Origin: an uncultured Chitinophagaceae bacterium
GTDB taxonomy: Bacteria; Bacteroidota; Ignavibacteria; UBA10030; UBA8401
Length of the DNA: 64,000 nucleotides
NCBI GenBank assembly: GCA_964371615.1
Contig: CAYJMS010000003.1
Location: forward strand, 66,629 to 130,628
Direction of reading: 5' to 3'
The notes below the pieces were generated by a model. It did not search any database. It was given only the letters and a program-made list of their open reading frames with translations, and was not told the origin of the DNA. The translations under genes were made by a program, and so were the position numbers. This document shows, piece after piece, positions 1 to 13,264 of this stretch (positions are counted from its first letter, which is position 1; each line of letters opens with the position of its first letter).

Positions 1-482
1 AGGATTTTTATTTCCGCTTCGGGAGAAAGTCCGTACCCGCTTTTAATCTCGACGGCGGTGGTGCCGTACCGCATCATCATGTTCAGGCGGCGTTCCGCGC
101 TGCGGTACAATTCTTTTTTGGTTGCCTCGCGCGTGGTGCGCATGGTGGAAATGATCCCTCCGCCGGCCGCCGCAATTTCCTGATACGATTTTCCCTCGGC
201 GCGCATTGCAAATTCATTTTCGCGCGTGCCGGCAAAAACGGTATGCGTGTGCGAATCGACGAATCCCGGCAGCACCACCCGTCCTTCCGCATCGATCACA
301 TCGATATCTTCCGGCGCTGCAGAGTGATCTCCGGCAGTAACGGAAGTGACGACACCGTTCTGAATGAGCAGGCTGGCGTTCGGCACCATTCCGATATCGC
401 ACATCGCTGCGCCGGTTTTGGTCCGTGCGCCGTTCGCGGCGACGGTGATCAATTGTCCGATATTGTTAATGAGAAGATTCAT
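1..482 (-). CDS. hutI: imidazolonepropionase, N-terminal part (gene runs off the window start)
   Basis: Own translation of the minus strand from ATG 482-480: MNLLINNIGQLITVAANGARTKTG...VVLPGFVDSHTHTVFAGTRENEFAMRAEGKSYQEIAAAGGGIISTMRTTREA. HxH metal-ligand motif and family-typical blocks. Absent from the ORF track because there is no stop inside the window. Confidence 0.85.
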   Translation of the reverse strand, partial: MNLLINNIGQLITVAANGARTKTGAAMCDIGMVPNASLLIQNGVVTSVTAGDHSAAPEDIDVIDAEGRVVLPGFVDSHTHTVFAGTRENEFAMRAEGKSYQEIAAAGGGIISTMRTTREATKKELYRSAERRLNMMMRYGTTAVEIKSGYGLSPEAEIKI

Positions 483-678
483 TGGTCTTTGGCATTGTTG
501 TGACGGCCGTTGCCGGAATCTGCGGAGACAAATCCGCCGCACTGTTGCACCGGCAGACGGGGATATTTCGGGTATGACGAATCGGTTTTCGATCTCCTGC
601 ACAGGTGAAAGCGATTACCGCACCGGGAGAGAACGATTGAGTGATGCACGCACTGTTCGCACAATCCTATCTGTTCTG

Positions 679-4458
<3,780 letters not shown>

Positions 4459-4516
4459 GCCGACCGTGATCAAATGTTACGCTAAAATAGCGAATTCGCC
4501 GTTGAAAGTGAAAGGA

Positions 4517-6175
4517 TCATTTCTTCATCATGGGAACGGCAACGTGCCATTGTTTTGCATTTTTTATCGCCCTGTCGTATCCAGCATCAGCATGTCGGAT
4601 GATTCCCATGCCCGGATCATAGGTCAATACGCGTTCCAGCCGTTCGTCCGCCTCTTTCGATCCGTCGCAGACAATCACCATGCCGTTATGAATGGAATTA
4701 CCGATGCCGACCCCGCCGCCGTGGTGGACGCTGACCCAGCTGGCGCCGCCGATGGAGTTCAGCATGGCGCCCAGAATCGGCCAGTCCGCTATGGCGTCGC
4801 TGCCGTCTTTCATCTTTTCCGTCTCACGGTTCGGCGAAGCAACGCTGCCGCAGTCGAGATGATCGCGTCCGATAACGATCGGGGCTTTTACTTCGCCGTT
4901 GCGGACCAGTGCGTTGAATATCTTTCCCATCTTTGCCCTCTCGCCGTATCCGAGCCAGCAAATCCGTGCCGGCAATCCTTGGAATGCAACTTGTTTTTGC
5001 GCTTTCTGTATCCAGTTGGCAAGTAACTGATTCTCGGGAAATGTCTCGAGCACCGCGCGGTCCGTTCTGTAAATATCCTCGGGATCGCCGGAGAGAGCCA
5101 CCCAGCGGAACGGTCCTTTTCCGTCGCAGAAGAGCGGACGGATATATTCGGGAACGAATCCGGGAATGTCGAACGCATTCTTTACACCGCCGGTGAACGC
5201 TTCGCCGCGGATATTGTTGCCGTAGTCGAAAACGATCTTCCCTTTTTTCTTCAACGCAAGCAATCCATTGACATGCTCAACAATCGAACGGCGTGAAAGA
5301 ACGACGTACTTTTTCGGATCCTTTTTCCGGAGAGCGAGCACTTTTTCGTACGACATGCCGGCGGGAACGTAGCCGTTCAACGGATCGTGTGCGGAGGTCT
5401 GGTCGGTGACGATGTCGGGAAGGAATTTTCCCCGGGCGATCTTCGGCACAATCTCCGCCGCATTGCCGAGCAGTCCGACGGACAGCGGGAGTTTCTTTTT
5501 TACGGCATCACGAATCATGGACAACGCCGTCTCAAGATTATCGGTCATTGTGTCGAGGTATTTCGTTTTCAGACGCTTCTCGATCCGCGACCGGTCCACT
5601 TCAATAGCCAGACAGACGGCGCCGTTCATTGTTGCGGCGAGCGGCTGAGCTCCGCCCATACCGCCGAGTCCGGCGGTGAGAAGGAATTTTCCGGCGAGCG
5701 ATCCTTTAAAATGCTGCCGCGCCGCTTCGGCGAACGTTTCGTACGTTCCCTGCAAGATTCCCTGCGATCCGATGTAGATCCAGCTTCCGGCGGTCATTTG
5801 ACCGTACATCGTCAATCCCAGCCCTTCCAACCGACGGAATTCGTCCCACGTTGCCCATTTGGGGACGAGCATCGAATTTGAGATCAACACGCGGGGAGCA
5901 TTGAGATGTGTCTTGAAAATTCCGACCGGTTTTCCCGATTGCACAAGCAGAGTTTCGTCGTTTTCTAGATTTGTTAACGTCGATACGATCGAGTCGAAGC
6001 ATTTCCAGTTGCGTGCCGCTTTTCCCGTTCCGCCGTAGATGATCAGTTCCTGCGGACGTTCGGCAACGTCGGGATCGAGATTGTTCATCAGCATTCTGAT
6101 CGCCGCTTCCTGGATCCATCCTTTGGCGGAGATCGCCGTTCCGCGCGGTGCGCGGATGGTGCGTGGGTGTGCCAT
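4517..6175 (-). CDS. hutU: urocanate hydratase
   Basis: 552 aa, ATG start. Family-typical length and blocks ([27 protein letters not shown]-binding loop, [16 protein letters not shown]). Confidence 0.95.
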   Translation of the reverse strand: MAHPRTIRAPRGTAISAKGWIQEAAIRMLMNNLDPDVAERPQELIIYGGTGKAARNWKCFDSIVSTLTNLENDETLLVQSGKPVGIFKTHLNAPRVLISNSMLVPKWATWDEFRRLEGLGLTMYGQMTAGSWIYIGSQGILQGTYETFAEAARQHFKGSLAGKFLLTAGLGGMGGAQPLAATMNGAVCLAIEVDRSRIEKRLKTKYLDTMTDNLETALSMIRDAVKKKLPLSVGLLGNAAEIVPKIARGKFLPDIVTDQTSAHDPLNGYVPAGMSYEKVLALRKKDPKKYVVLSRRSIVEHVNGLLALKKKGKIVFDYGNNIRGEAFTGGVKNAFDIPGFVPEYIRPLFCDGKGPFRWVALSGDPEDIYRTDRAVLETFPENQLLANWIQKAQKQVAFQGLPARICWLGYGERAKMGKIFNALVRNGEVKAPIVIGRDHLDCGSVASPNRETEKMKDGSDAIADWPILGAMLNSIGGASWVSVHHGGGVGIGNSIHNGMVIVCDGSKEADERLERVLTYDPGMGIIRHADAGYDRAIKNAKQWHVAVPMMKK

Positions 6176-6356
6176 TATCGTGTCCGATATTTCATTAATC
6201 GTGTTTTTGAAGGAAATCTTCCATTGGTTTCAGGGTGTTGAATCAGTGATATGAAGCGGATTAACCTTGAATAAAAATATTATGATATTTTGCGGAAGTG
6301 ATGATTTCATTATGTTTTTGTTGATTTTGGAATCAAAAAACGCTGAATTTTTTATG

Positions 6357-7229
6357 TCATTCTATGATATTCGTACGGGCTTCCGCAATATGCTCCGGCG
6401 TTGTTCCGCAGCAGCCGCCGATCATATCGACGCCGAGATCGGCAAGTTCTTTCACGAATCGACCGAACGAGGCGGCTTGTTCGGGATAGACGATCAGTCC
6501 CTTTTCAACGGTGGGGATGCCGGCATTGGTTTGTATCAGGATGGGGATTTTCGATTCAGATCGGAATGATGTTGCGACGATCCTCATCAGTTCGAATCCT
6601 GCACCGCAATTCGCACCGATGAATGTCGCCCCTTCCGCCGTGAGGGCGGCGGCCACATCCCGGACGGATTCGCCGAACGACGTGCGGGGTTCGCTGCCGG
6701 TCATCTCGAATGTCATTGTCACGCCGACCGTTGACGCGCCGACGCTTTTTGCGGTGCGCAATGCGACGATCGCTTCGCTGAGGGAGATCATCGTTTCGAT
6801 CAGTACGATATCGACGCCGCTTTCGACGAGCACGGATATTTGTTCCGCGAAGAGTTCTTCCACCTCACCCACCGTAACATCACCGTACGGTTCGAGAATT
6901 CCCCCGAACGGACCGACCGAACCGGCGACGAGCGCTTTTCCGTTTGCTGCTTCTTGCGCCAAAGCAACAGCGGTGCGAGTCACATCGGCAACGGAGTACC
7001 GAACATCGGATGCTTCCAGACGGCGTTTCGTGGCGCCGAACGTGCACGTTTCAATCACTTGTGCACCGGCAGCAACATATGTGCGATGGACGTCTTTGAC
7101 TGCGTCGGGATTTTCCATCACCCAGATCTCCGGCGCTGCGCCGATGGGAAGACCGCGCCGCTGATATTCGGTACCGGTGGCACCGTCAAAGAGGACAGGT
7201 TTTTTGGCAAGGAGATGTTGAAGAGTCAT
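6357..7229 (-). CDS. homocysteine S-methyltransferase domain protein (MetH Hcy-module-like, stand-alone)
   Basis: 290 aa. LFDGATGTE N-terminus; Zn-ligand cysteines in IGANCGAG and MIGGCCGTTPEHI. Confidence 0.8.
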   Translation of the reverse strand: MTLQHLLAKKPVLFDGATGTEYQRRGLPIGAAPEIWVMENPDAVKDVHRTYVAAGAQVIETCTFGATKRRLEASDVRYSVADVTRTAVALAQEAANGKALVAGSVGPFGGILEPYGDVTVGEVEELFAEQISVLVESGVDIVLIETMISLSEAIVALRTAKSVGASTVGVTMTFEMTGSEPRTSFGESVRDVAAALTAEGATFIGANCGAGFELMRIVATSFRSESKIPILIQTNAGIPTVEKGLIVYPEQAASFGRFVKELADLGVDMIGGCCGTTPEHIAEARTNIIE

Positions 7230-7238
7230 GAGTATAGA

Positions 7239-7271
7239 AGACTTGTCAAATCTTCCAGATTTGACAAGTCT
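7239..7271. repeat. 33-bp palindrome family P-A, copy 1 (AGACTTGTCAAATCT-tcc-AGATTTGACAAGTCT)
   Basis: Perfect 15-bp arms read directly. Lies in the 40-nt gap between the corrinoid and Hcy-methyltransferase genes and overlaps the corrinoid gene stop codon by 2 nt. Confidence 0.9.
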
Positions 7272-7911
7272 ATTTTTTATTTAAAATTCTGTTTACCAAT
7301 TCCACCGCCTCCACTGCGTTTTTCGCAAATCCGTCTGCGCCGATTTCATCCGCAAAGCGCTGCGTAACCGGCGCACCGCCGACGATGATCGGCACGGTCA
7401 ATCCCTTCTCCTTGAAGGTGTTGATCACCGTTTTCATGTACATCATGGTCGTTGTCAGCAGCGCCGACAACCCGATGATGTGGGGTTTATGTTGTTCGAA
7501 AGCCGCAAGATATTTTTCCACCGGATTCTGAATGCCGATATCGATCACGGAATACCCGTTCCCCTGCAGCATCACCGAAACGAGATTCTTCCCGATATCG
7601 TGCACGTCCCCTTTTACCGTTCCGATCAGCACTCTCCCTTTCGGTTCCGTATTGTTGGCGGCGAGAATGGGATCGAGCAGTTTCATCGCTGTTTTCATTG
7701 CGCGCGCCGAAACCAGCACCTGCGGCAAAAACATCTGGCCGTCGCGGAACCGTTGTCCGACCACCGCCATTCCCGGCAGCAGACCGTTGTCCAAAATTGC
7801 CATCGGCGTGAGGCCGTTGGCGAGCAATTGCGCGGTGGTCTGCTCCGATTCCACATGTTTGCCCTCAATGACACACTGAGAGAGAAAATTCAGCAGTTCT
7901 TCGTTGGTCAT
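7270..7911 (-). CDS. corrinoid (cobalamin)-binding methyltransferase partner protein
   Basis: 213 aa. B12 cap plus Rossmann module; DxHxxG motif GDVHDIGKN, SALLTTT, GGAP. Confidence 0.9.
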   Translation of the reverse strand: MTNEELLNFLSQCVIEGKHVESEQTTAQLLANGLTPMAILDNGLLPGMAVVGQRFRDGQMFLPQVLVSARAMKTAMKLLDPILAANNTEPKGRVLIGTVKGDVHDIGKNLVSVMLQGNGYSVIDIGIQNPVEKYLAAFEQHKPHIIGLSALLTTTMMYMKTVINTFKEKGLTVPIIVGGAPVTQRFADEIGADGFAKNAVEAVELVNRILNKK

Positions 7912-7913
7912 TA

Positions 7914-9047
7914 TCAGAACTTCCCGTATTGATCGATGAGCGTTCGGAGCAATTGTATCTGTTCGCGTGAAACATGCGGGGCGATGGAGCAGGCGGTGCT
8001 GAGGATGAATCCGGGGTGTTGCCTTCCCGTTTCGATCCGACGGCGAACGTCTTCAACAACATCGTTCTTCGTTCCCTGCAGCAGTATCGTCACTGAATCG
8101 ATATTCCCTTTGATAAAACCCCGCTTGCCGATCCGTTGGAATGCATCTCCCAACTCTACGTTGCCGAGCGGCTCCGGATCGAGACATTCGATGCCGCTGA
8201 TGCCGCAATCGAACATGAGTTCCAACCGGTCGTTGATCGATCCGCACGTATGCGTATAGATGTCGACTCCCGTTTGACGGACCGCGTGTGCGATCTCGCT
8301 TTCGTACGGCATCACAAATTCCGTATAAAATTCCGGAGAGATGAACGTCGATCCTGCATACGGCGACGAAACTTTGATCGCGTCGATGCCGTGACCGCAC
8401 ATGGCGACGGCAAGTTCTTTGATCATCTCCGTATAATGCGCCATGATCATCTTTACCTGATCCGGCGCGTCGATCATTGCCATCAGTCCTTCCTGATAGC
8501 CGATAAAATCGAGATAGTAATCGAACGGCGAGGTGATTTCGCCGTGGAGCGAATATTCGTCGCCGACACGGTTCTTCAGTTCGTGAAAGATATCGAAGCG
8601 GTGATCGGGGTGGATATAAAATTTGAGTCCCTGTGATACCGGAATAAAATCCAATTTTTGATGAAGATCGTTTTTCGTCACATCCGCAATGTTGGGTAAT
8701 TCCCTCGGCACGGCGGCATAGTGTTCCGGCAGGTCGTCGAACAAATAATGCGTCCGGTCGCCGTTCTTCCAGACGATCTCTTCGTACTCATCCGTCATGC
8801 GGCGCGAGGCGATATTCTTTTTCCATTCCGGATCGTGTCCGTGCAGGCTGACGAGGATTCCGTCAAACTGATACAGTGTTCGCATCGCGACCAAACCGTC
8901 CGCAAAAGTATTGATGTCATGCCAGAAATCGGCTTGCGAACAGGGAAACTGTTGCAGTATATGTCCGATGCTCATCTGGCACATCAGTGGAATTTTATCC
9001 ACCGGCTGCAGTTTCATCGCTGCACGAACTCGTTCACGTGGCGTCAT
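7914..9047 (-). CDS. URO-D family (MtaA/MtsA-like) methyltransferase
   Basis: 377 aa. Uroporphyrinogen-decarboxylase-like fold. Candidate Zn ligands H-x-C in YTHTCGS and Cys in STACSIAPH. 2-nt gap to the corrinoid gene. Confidence 0.75.
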   Translation of the reverse strand: MTPRERVRAAMKLQPVDKIPLMCQMSIGHILQQFPCSQADFWHDINTFADGLVAMRTLYQFDGILVSLHGHDPEWKKNIASRRMTDEYEEIVWKNGDRTHYLFDDLPEHYAAVPRELPNIADVTKNDLHQKLDFIPVSQGLKFYIHPDHRFDIFHELKNRVGDEYSLHGEITSPFDYYLDFIGYQEGLMAMIDAPDQVKMIMAHYTEMIKELAVAMCGHGIDAIKVSSPYAGSTFISPEFYTEFVMPYESEIAHAVRQTGVDIYTHTCGSINDRLELMFDCGISGIECLDPEPLGNVELGDAFQRIGKRGFIKGNIDSVTILLQGTKNDVVEDVRRRIETGRQHPGFILSTACSIAPHVSREQIQLLRTLIDQYGKF

Positions 9048-9182
9048 GGAAAGGCACCTCTACGTTGATTGATGGGGAAATGTAGAAAAAGATTCGCGGA
9101 GATGACAGAACGAAATTGAAATATTCTTATTTGACCATTGCGGACCGTTGTTTTGCGAAGCAATGACAATTATTGAATAGAT

Positions 9183-10532
9183 TTATTTTACCGAAGACGA
9201 AGCCCGAATGATGGCATCGGCACTCCGTTCCACGTCCTCGTCCGTTGTTGCCCATGATGAGACACTGATGCGCATTGCGGTTTTTCCCTTCCACACAGTG
9301 CCGCCGCACCAGCAGGTGCCGTCGTTTTGCACTGCGGCGATCACTGCGGCGGTACGTTCATCCGTACCGAACGAGACTAACACCTGATTCAACACGACGT
9401 TATTCAGTACAGAAAATCCCGCCGCCGTCAACCGTTCGGCGAAACGGGTGGCCTGCCGGCAATTGCGTTCGATCATCTCTTCGAGACCGATTCTCCCCAG
9501 CGATTTGATTGCCGCCCAGATCTCGACGCCGCGCGCTTTCCGCGACAACTCCGGCGTATACTGGTACGGAATGCGTGCACCGCTCTGATCGAGATACGCA
9601 CCACCCTGCACCATGGCGCTGACAAGATCCGACGGATCTTTGACGACGACAATGCCGCTGTCGTACGGAACGTTGAGCCATTTATGGGCGTCGGTTGCCC
9701 AGGAATCCGCCGACTCGTATCCACGCAGAAGATGTTTCCTCTTTCCTGAAACCGCTCCCCATAATCCGAACGCGCCGTCGACATGTACCCATGCTCCGGC
9801 ATTGTGCGCAGCGGGAATAATTTCCGCTGCTGCATCGAACGCACCGGTGTTCACGTTGCCGGCTTGCAGGCACACGATCGTACGATCGTCGAGCGTTCCT
9901 ATTTTATCCGGACGCATCCGTCCCTGATCGTCCGCCGGTACATACTCCACCCGGTCTCTTCCCATTCCGGTCAGATCGAGCGCTTTCAATACACTTGAAT
10001 GAACCTCTTCACCAACAATAACACGAATCGGCGGAGCGCCGAACAATCCCTTTGCATGGACATCCCACCCGTTGCGGCGAAGCAACGCGTTCCGTGCGGC
10101 GACAAGCGAACTGAAATTTGCCATTGTCGCTCCGGTAACAAATCCGATTCCAGATGTTGCCGGAACATTCAGCAATTCCCGCAGCCACGGAACACACACG
10201 TTCTCCAGCGCCGCCGAAACGGGACTGGTCACTTCCAGTCCGGCGTTTTGATCCCACGTGCCGGAAAGCCAGTGCGCCGCCAGCGATGCAGGCACGGAAC
10301 CGCCGATGACGAATCCAAAGTACCGTCCGCCGGCATTGGCAACAGCGGCGGGAGATCCGACGGCGTGCAGAATGTCGATGACTTTCTCCGGATCCGTTGA
10401 TGCTATCGGCAACGGTTCGTTTAATTGATCCAATGCACGCACCGCTTCGACTGTCGGATATACTTTTCGGGTCGGCAGTGAATCAAGATATTCCTTGCTA
10501 TAGCGGGTTGTTCGTTCAAGCAAATCGTTCAT
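9183..10532 (-). CDS. PLP-dependent (group II) amino-acid decarboxylase
   Basis: Track ORF 9183-10688 trimmed to ATG 10532 (MNDLLERTTRYSKEYL) because the extension overlaps the neighbouring gene. PLP-lysine block DAHKWLNVPYDSG. Confidence 0.8.
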   Translation of the reverse strand: MNDLLERTTRYSKEYLDSLPTRKVYPTVEAVRALDQLNEPLPIASTDPEKVIDILHAVGSPAAVANAGGRYFGFVIGGSVPASLAAHWLSGTWDQNAGLEVTSPVSAALENVCVPWLRELLNVPATSGIGFVTGATMANFSSLVAARNALLRRNGWDVHAKGLFGAPPIRVIVGEEVHSSVLKALDLTGMGRDRVEYVPADDQGRMRPDKIGTLDDRTIVCLQAGNVNTGAFDAAAEIIPAAHNAGAWVHVDGAFGLWGAVSGKRKHLLRGYESADSWATDAHKWLNVPYDSGIVVVKDPSDLVSAMVQGGAYLDQSGARIPYQYTPELSRKARGVEIWAAIKSLGRIGLEEMIERNCRQATRFAERLTAAGFSVLNNVVLNQVLVSFGTDERTAAVIAAVQNDGTCWCGGTVWKGKTAMRISVSSWATTDEDVERSADAIIRASSSVK

Positions 10533-10641
10533 AATTGCTCCATTGTCAAAAAAATCCCCGATGTCTTTGATAATTGATGAAATGTAGAAAATGATAAACG
10601 GAGATGGTAGGGAAAATCGTCGATATAATATTTCATTTTCA

Positions 10642-11139
10642 TCAAGGTTTATTCCGAACATGATACCATCGTTGCGGGTTCGTTGCAATATATCTTCGAA
10701 TCATGTGCAGGGAAAATTCGTTCCGAATAATGTGATCATAGAAGCTGCGCTGCCAGATAGTCTTTTCCCGGTACAACGATTGTTCATGAACCAAATGGGT
10801 GACGGCAGATTTATATGAACCGATGATGGTCGATACAGATGGCGCGGAATGCACATTGTGTTTGGCGGGATGAAGAATTATGATACCGTGGATATGGTCT
10901 GGCATAATCACATAGGTATCTAGTTCCACCGAAGGAAAATGTTCCGGGATTTGTATATAACAATTCCGTGCTATTTGACCTATCGACGTAAGGTTCGTTT
11001 CGTTTTTCGCGACGGTTCCAAATATTTTTATTTTATTTATTGTACAAATGGTAACGAAATAGGCGGCAGGGGATGAATAATCAAAAAACGGCAGGCGGAT
11101 TGATTTTTTACGATACATAAAAAATATTACCGGCATCAA
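10642..11139 (-). CDS. REP-associated tyrosine transposase-like protein (RAYT, IS200/IS605 Y1 HUH fold)
   Basis: 165 aa. FDYSSPAAYFVTICT N-terminal block, HUH motif PDHIHGII, C-terminal WQRSFYDHIIRNE...YIATNP block. Track start 11139 is TTG; ATG at 11136 or 11118 are alternatives. Confidence 0.75.
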   Translation of the reverse strand: MMPVIFFMYRKKSIRLPFFDYSSPAAYFVTICTINKIKIFGTVAKNETNLTSIGQIARNCYIQIPEHFPSVELDTYVIMPDHIHGIIILHPAKHNVHSAPSVSTIIGSYKSAVTHLVHEQSLYREKTIWQRSFYDHIIRNEFSLHMIRRYIATNPQRWYHVRNKP

Positions 11140-11172
11140 TGTAGGGACGGGGCATGCCCCGTCCCTACATTG
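11137..11172. repeat. perfect 36-bp palindrome CAATGTAGGGACGGGGCATGCCCCGTCCCTACATTG (GTAG-type REP)
   Basis: Reverse complement equals itself (checked base by base). Abuts/overlaps the first codon of the RAYT ORF. A half copy CATGCCCCGTCCCTAC lies at 11259-11274. Confidence 0.9.
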
Positions 11173-11226
11173 ATTAAAATATTATAAACATGTACGGTCC
11201 AACATTGATTAAAATATTATAAACAT
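11167..11226 (+). repeat. 25-bp direct repeat x2 (ACATTGATTAAAATATTATAAACAT)
   Basis: Identical copies at 11167-11191 and 11202-11226. The first begins inside the right arm of the 36-bp palindrome. Confidence 0.85.
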
Positions 11227-11287
11227 ACACGGCCAAAATATTAATTGATATTTGGCAACATGCCCCGTCCCTACGGGCACAACCGAT

Positions 11288-13198
11288 TCATTTCAACAAA
11301 TAATTTTCCCAAAACAACGACATCGCATTATTGAAATAATCCCGGTTCGTTTTTTTGCCAAAACCGTGTCCTTCGTCCAGCGCCATCATGTACCAGACGA
11401 CATTTTTGTTTTTGCGCACCGTGGCAACGATTTGTTCCGCTTCGGTATACGGCACGCGGGGATCGTTCTTTCCCTGCGCCACGAAGAGCGGTTTGGTGAT
11501 TTTATGCGCATTGGTTGTGGGTGAAATCGCATTTAAATGTTTTCGCATCGTCGAATCGCGTTCGTCGCCGTATTCCACCCTGCGCAAATCACGGCGGTAT
11601 TCCTGCGTACTCTCAAGGAATGTTACAAAATTGCTGATACCTACCACGTCGACGCCGCATTTGATTCTGTCGTTATAATTGAACATCGACGATAGGACCA
11701 TGTATCCTCCGTAGGATCCGCCGTACACCGCAACGCGTTCTTTATCCAGTTCCGGCTGTTTCGCAATCCAATCCAGCAGTGCACCGATATCCTTCACCGA
11801 AATTTCGCGCAGGAATCCGTTGTCGAGCGATACGTACGTCTTTCCGTATCCGGTCGATCCGCGCACGTTCGGCAGCAACACGGCAATGCCGAGTTCGTTC
11901 ACCCAATATTGAATCAGTGAATTGAATCCGGGCATCGACTGTCCCTCCGGACCGCCGTGGATGGAAATGATGACCGCAGACGGTTTTTCGCTCTTCTTTG
12001 CTGCGTAATAGAATGCGGGAATCGTCATACCGTCGAATGATTTGTATTCAATCAATTTCGGTACGACGAAATTGTCGGTATTCAATCCTCCGACTTCACT
12101 GTATGTCCAGCGCGTAAACTTTTTCGTCTTCATATCGAGAACATAGATGTCGCCCGGTGTCTGCGGCGTGCTGAGCGTCAGCGCAAGACGGGAATCGTCC
12201 TTGCTGAATCCCATCCCGCCGATGATGCCGACCGGGAGTTTCTCGATGGCGATCTCCTTCTTTGTCTTTGCATCGATCAGGTAGAGAGCGCTCATTCCCC
12301 CTTCGTTCATTTCATATACGATGTACTTGCCTTTGTTCGACACTTCAAAACCGGTAACATCCCATTGTGCTTTTCGTGAGACGACGGATTTTTTCCCAGA
12401 ACTTCGGTCGAGATAGATCAACTGCTGAAATTCGCCGAACTCGTCGGAAGTATAAAAGATTCCCCTTCCGTCCGTAGAAAATTCCGCACCGCCGTATGCG
12501 ATTTTCATTCCGGGATTAATCTGCGACTTTGCTCCGGTCTTTGCATCAACGACGTACAGATACGATTCGGTAACGGAGACATATTGTCCGACGAGCATCG
12601 ACTTGTCGTCGGGGGACCAATCCTGCACGCCCCATGCGCCGCTTACTTCCATTAGCAGCGCGGCATTCTTCGGATCATTGACAGAGGCAATATAGATGTC
12701 GTTATCCCGCCCGTTCCGTTTGGTGCTGGTGAAAACAAATTGCGTTCCGGCATTATTCCATGCGCCGCCGCTGTTGCGCGATTTTCCATCTGTCAGCATT
12801 TCGTACGATCCGGTGGTCATATCGAATGAAAATATCTGGTAGAATTCTCCTCCGCCGATGTCTTTGGTGAAGAGGAACATCTTTTTATCCTTGCCGGGAT
12901 AAAATCTGCCGCTGCCAACCGGTTCCCGGAAAAACGTGATTTGTTTTCTCGCGCCGCCGGGCTTTTCCACGTAATGCAATTGCGACGTTTCGGCAAACCG
13001 CGTGGAGATCAGCATGCCGTTGCCGTTCGGATCCCAATCCACAAACGACGCTCCGCGGACGTTTTGGTACTGGTTCATCTTTTCAACAATACGGTCGGGA
13101 ATCGGCGGAATGTCTTCCGTGACAATATTCCCGGTCTGCGTGCGCTCTTGAGCAAAAAGAAAGAGCGGGAGAATTAAAAGCAGTGCGAGTTTTTTCAT
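11288..13198 (-). CDS. S9 family serine peptidase (prolyl oligopeptidase/dipeptidyl peptidase-like) with N-terminal beta-propeller
   Basis: 636 aa with signal peptide. Nucleophile elbow GGSYGGYM, later GKNDPRV and DEGHGF triad blocks; TolB/PD40-like repeats in the N-terminal half. Confidence 0.85.
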   Translation of the reverse strand: MKKLALLLILPLFLFAQERTQTGNIVTEDIPPIPDRIVEKMNQYQNVRGASFVDWDPNGNGMLISTRFAETSQLHYVEKPGGARKQITFFREPVGSGRFYPGKDKKMFLFTKDIGGGEFYQIFSFDMTTGSYEMLTDGKSRNSGGAWNNAGTQFVFTSTKRNGRDNDIYIASVNDPKNAALLMEVSGAWGVQDWSPDDKSMLVGQYVSVTESYLYVVDAKTGAKSQINPGMKIAYGGAEFSTDGRGIFYTSDEFGEFQQLIYLDRSSGKKSVVSRKAQWDVTGFEVSNKGKYIVYEMNEGGMSALYLIDAKTKKEIAIEKLPVGIIGGMGFSKDDSRLALTLSTPQTPGDIYVLDMKTKKFTRWTYSEVGGLNTDNFVVPKLIEYKSFDGMTIPAFYYAAKKSEKPSAVIISIHGGPEGQSMPGFNSLIQYWVNELGIAVLLPNVRGSTGYGKTYVSLDNGFLREISVKDIGALLDWIAKQPELDKERVAVYGGSYGGYMVLSSMFNYNDRIKCGVDVVGISNFVTFLESTQEYRRDLRRVEYGDERDSTMRKHLNAISPTTNAHKITKPLFVAQGKNDPRVPYTEAEQIVATVRKNKNVVWYMMALDEGHGFGKKTNRDYFNNAMSLFWENYLLK

Positions 13199-13264
13199 GC
13201 GGCTTTCCTGATTTTTGTGAATATTATTTTCCGGATTTTCCTGGAAAGGATCTCAATAATAAAT

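Noticed and set aside
9048-9182. Possible cobalamin riboswitch upstream of the corrinoid methyltransferase operon.
   Set aside because: The spacer is only 135 nt, and I found no B12-box-like GCCACTG core or the multi-stem pattern. A cmscan with RF00174 would be the definitive test.
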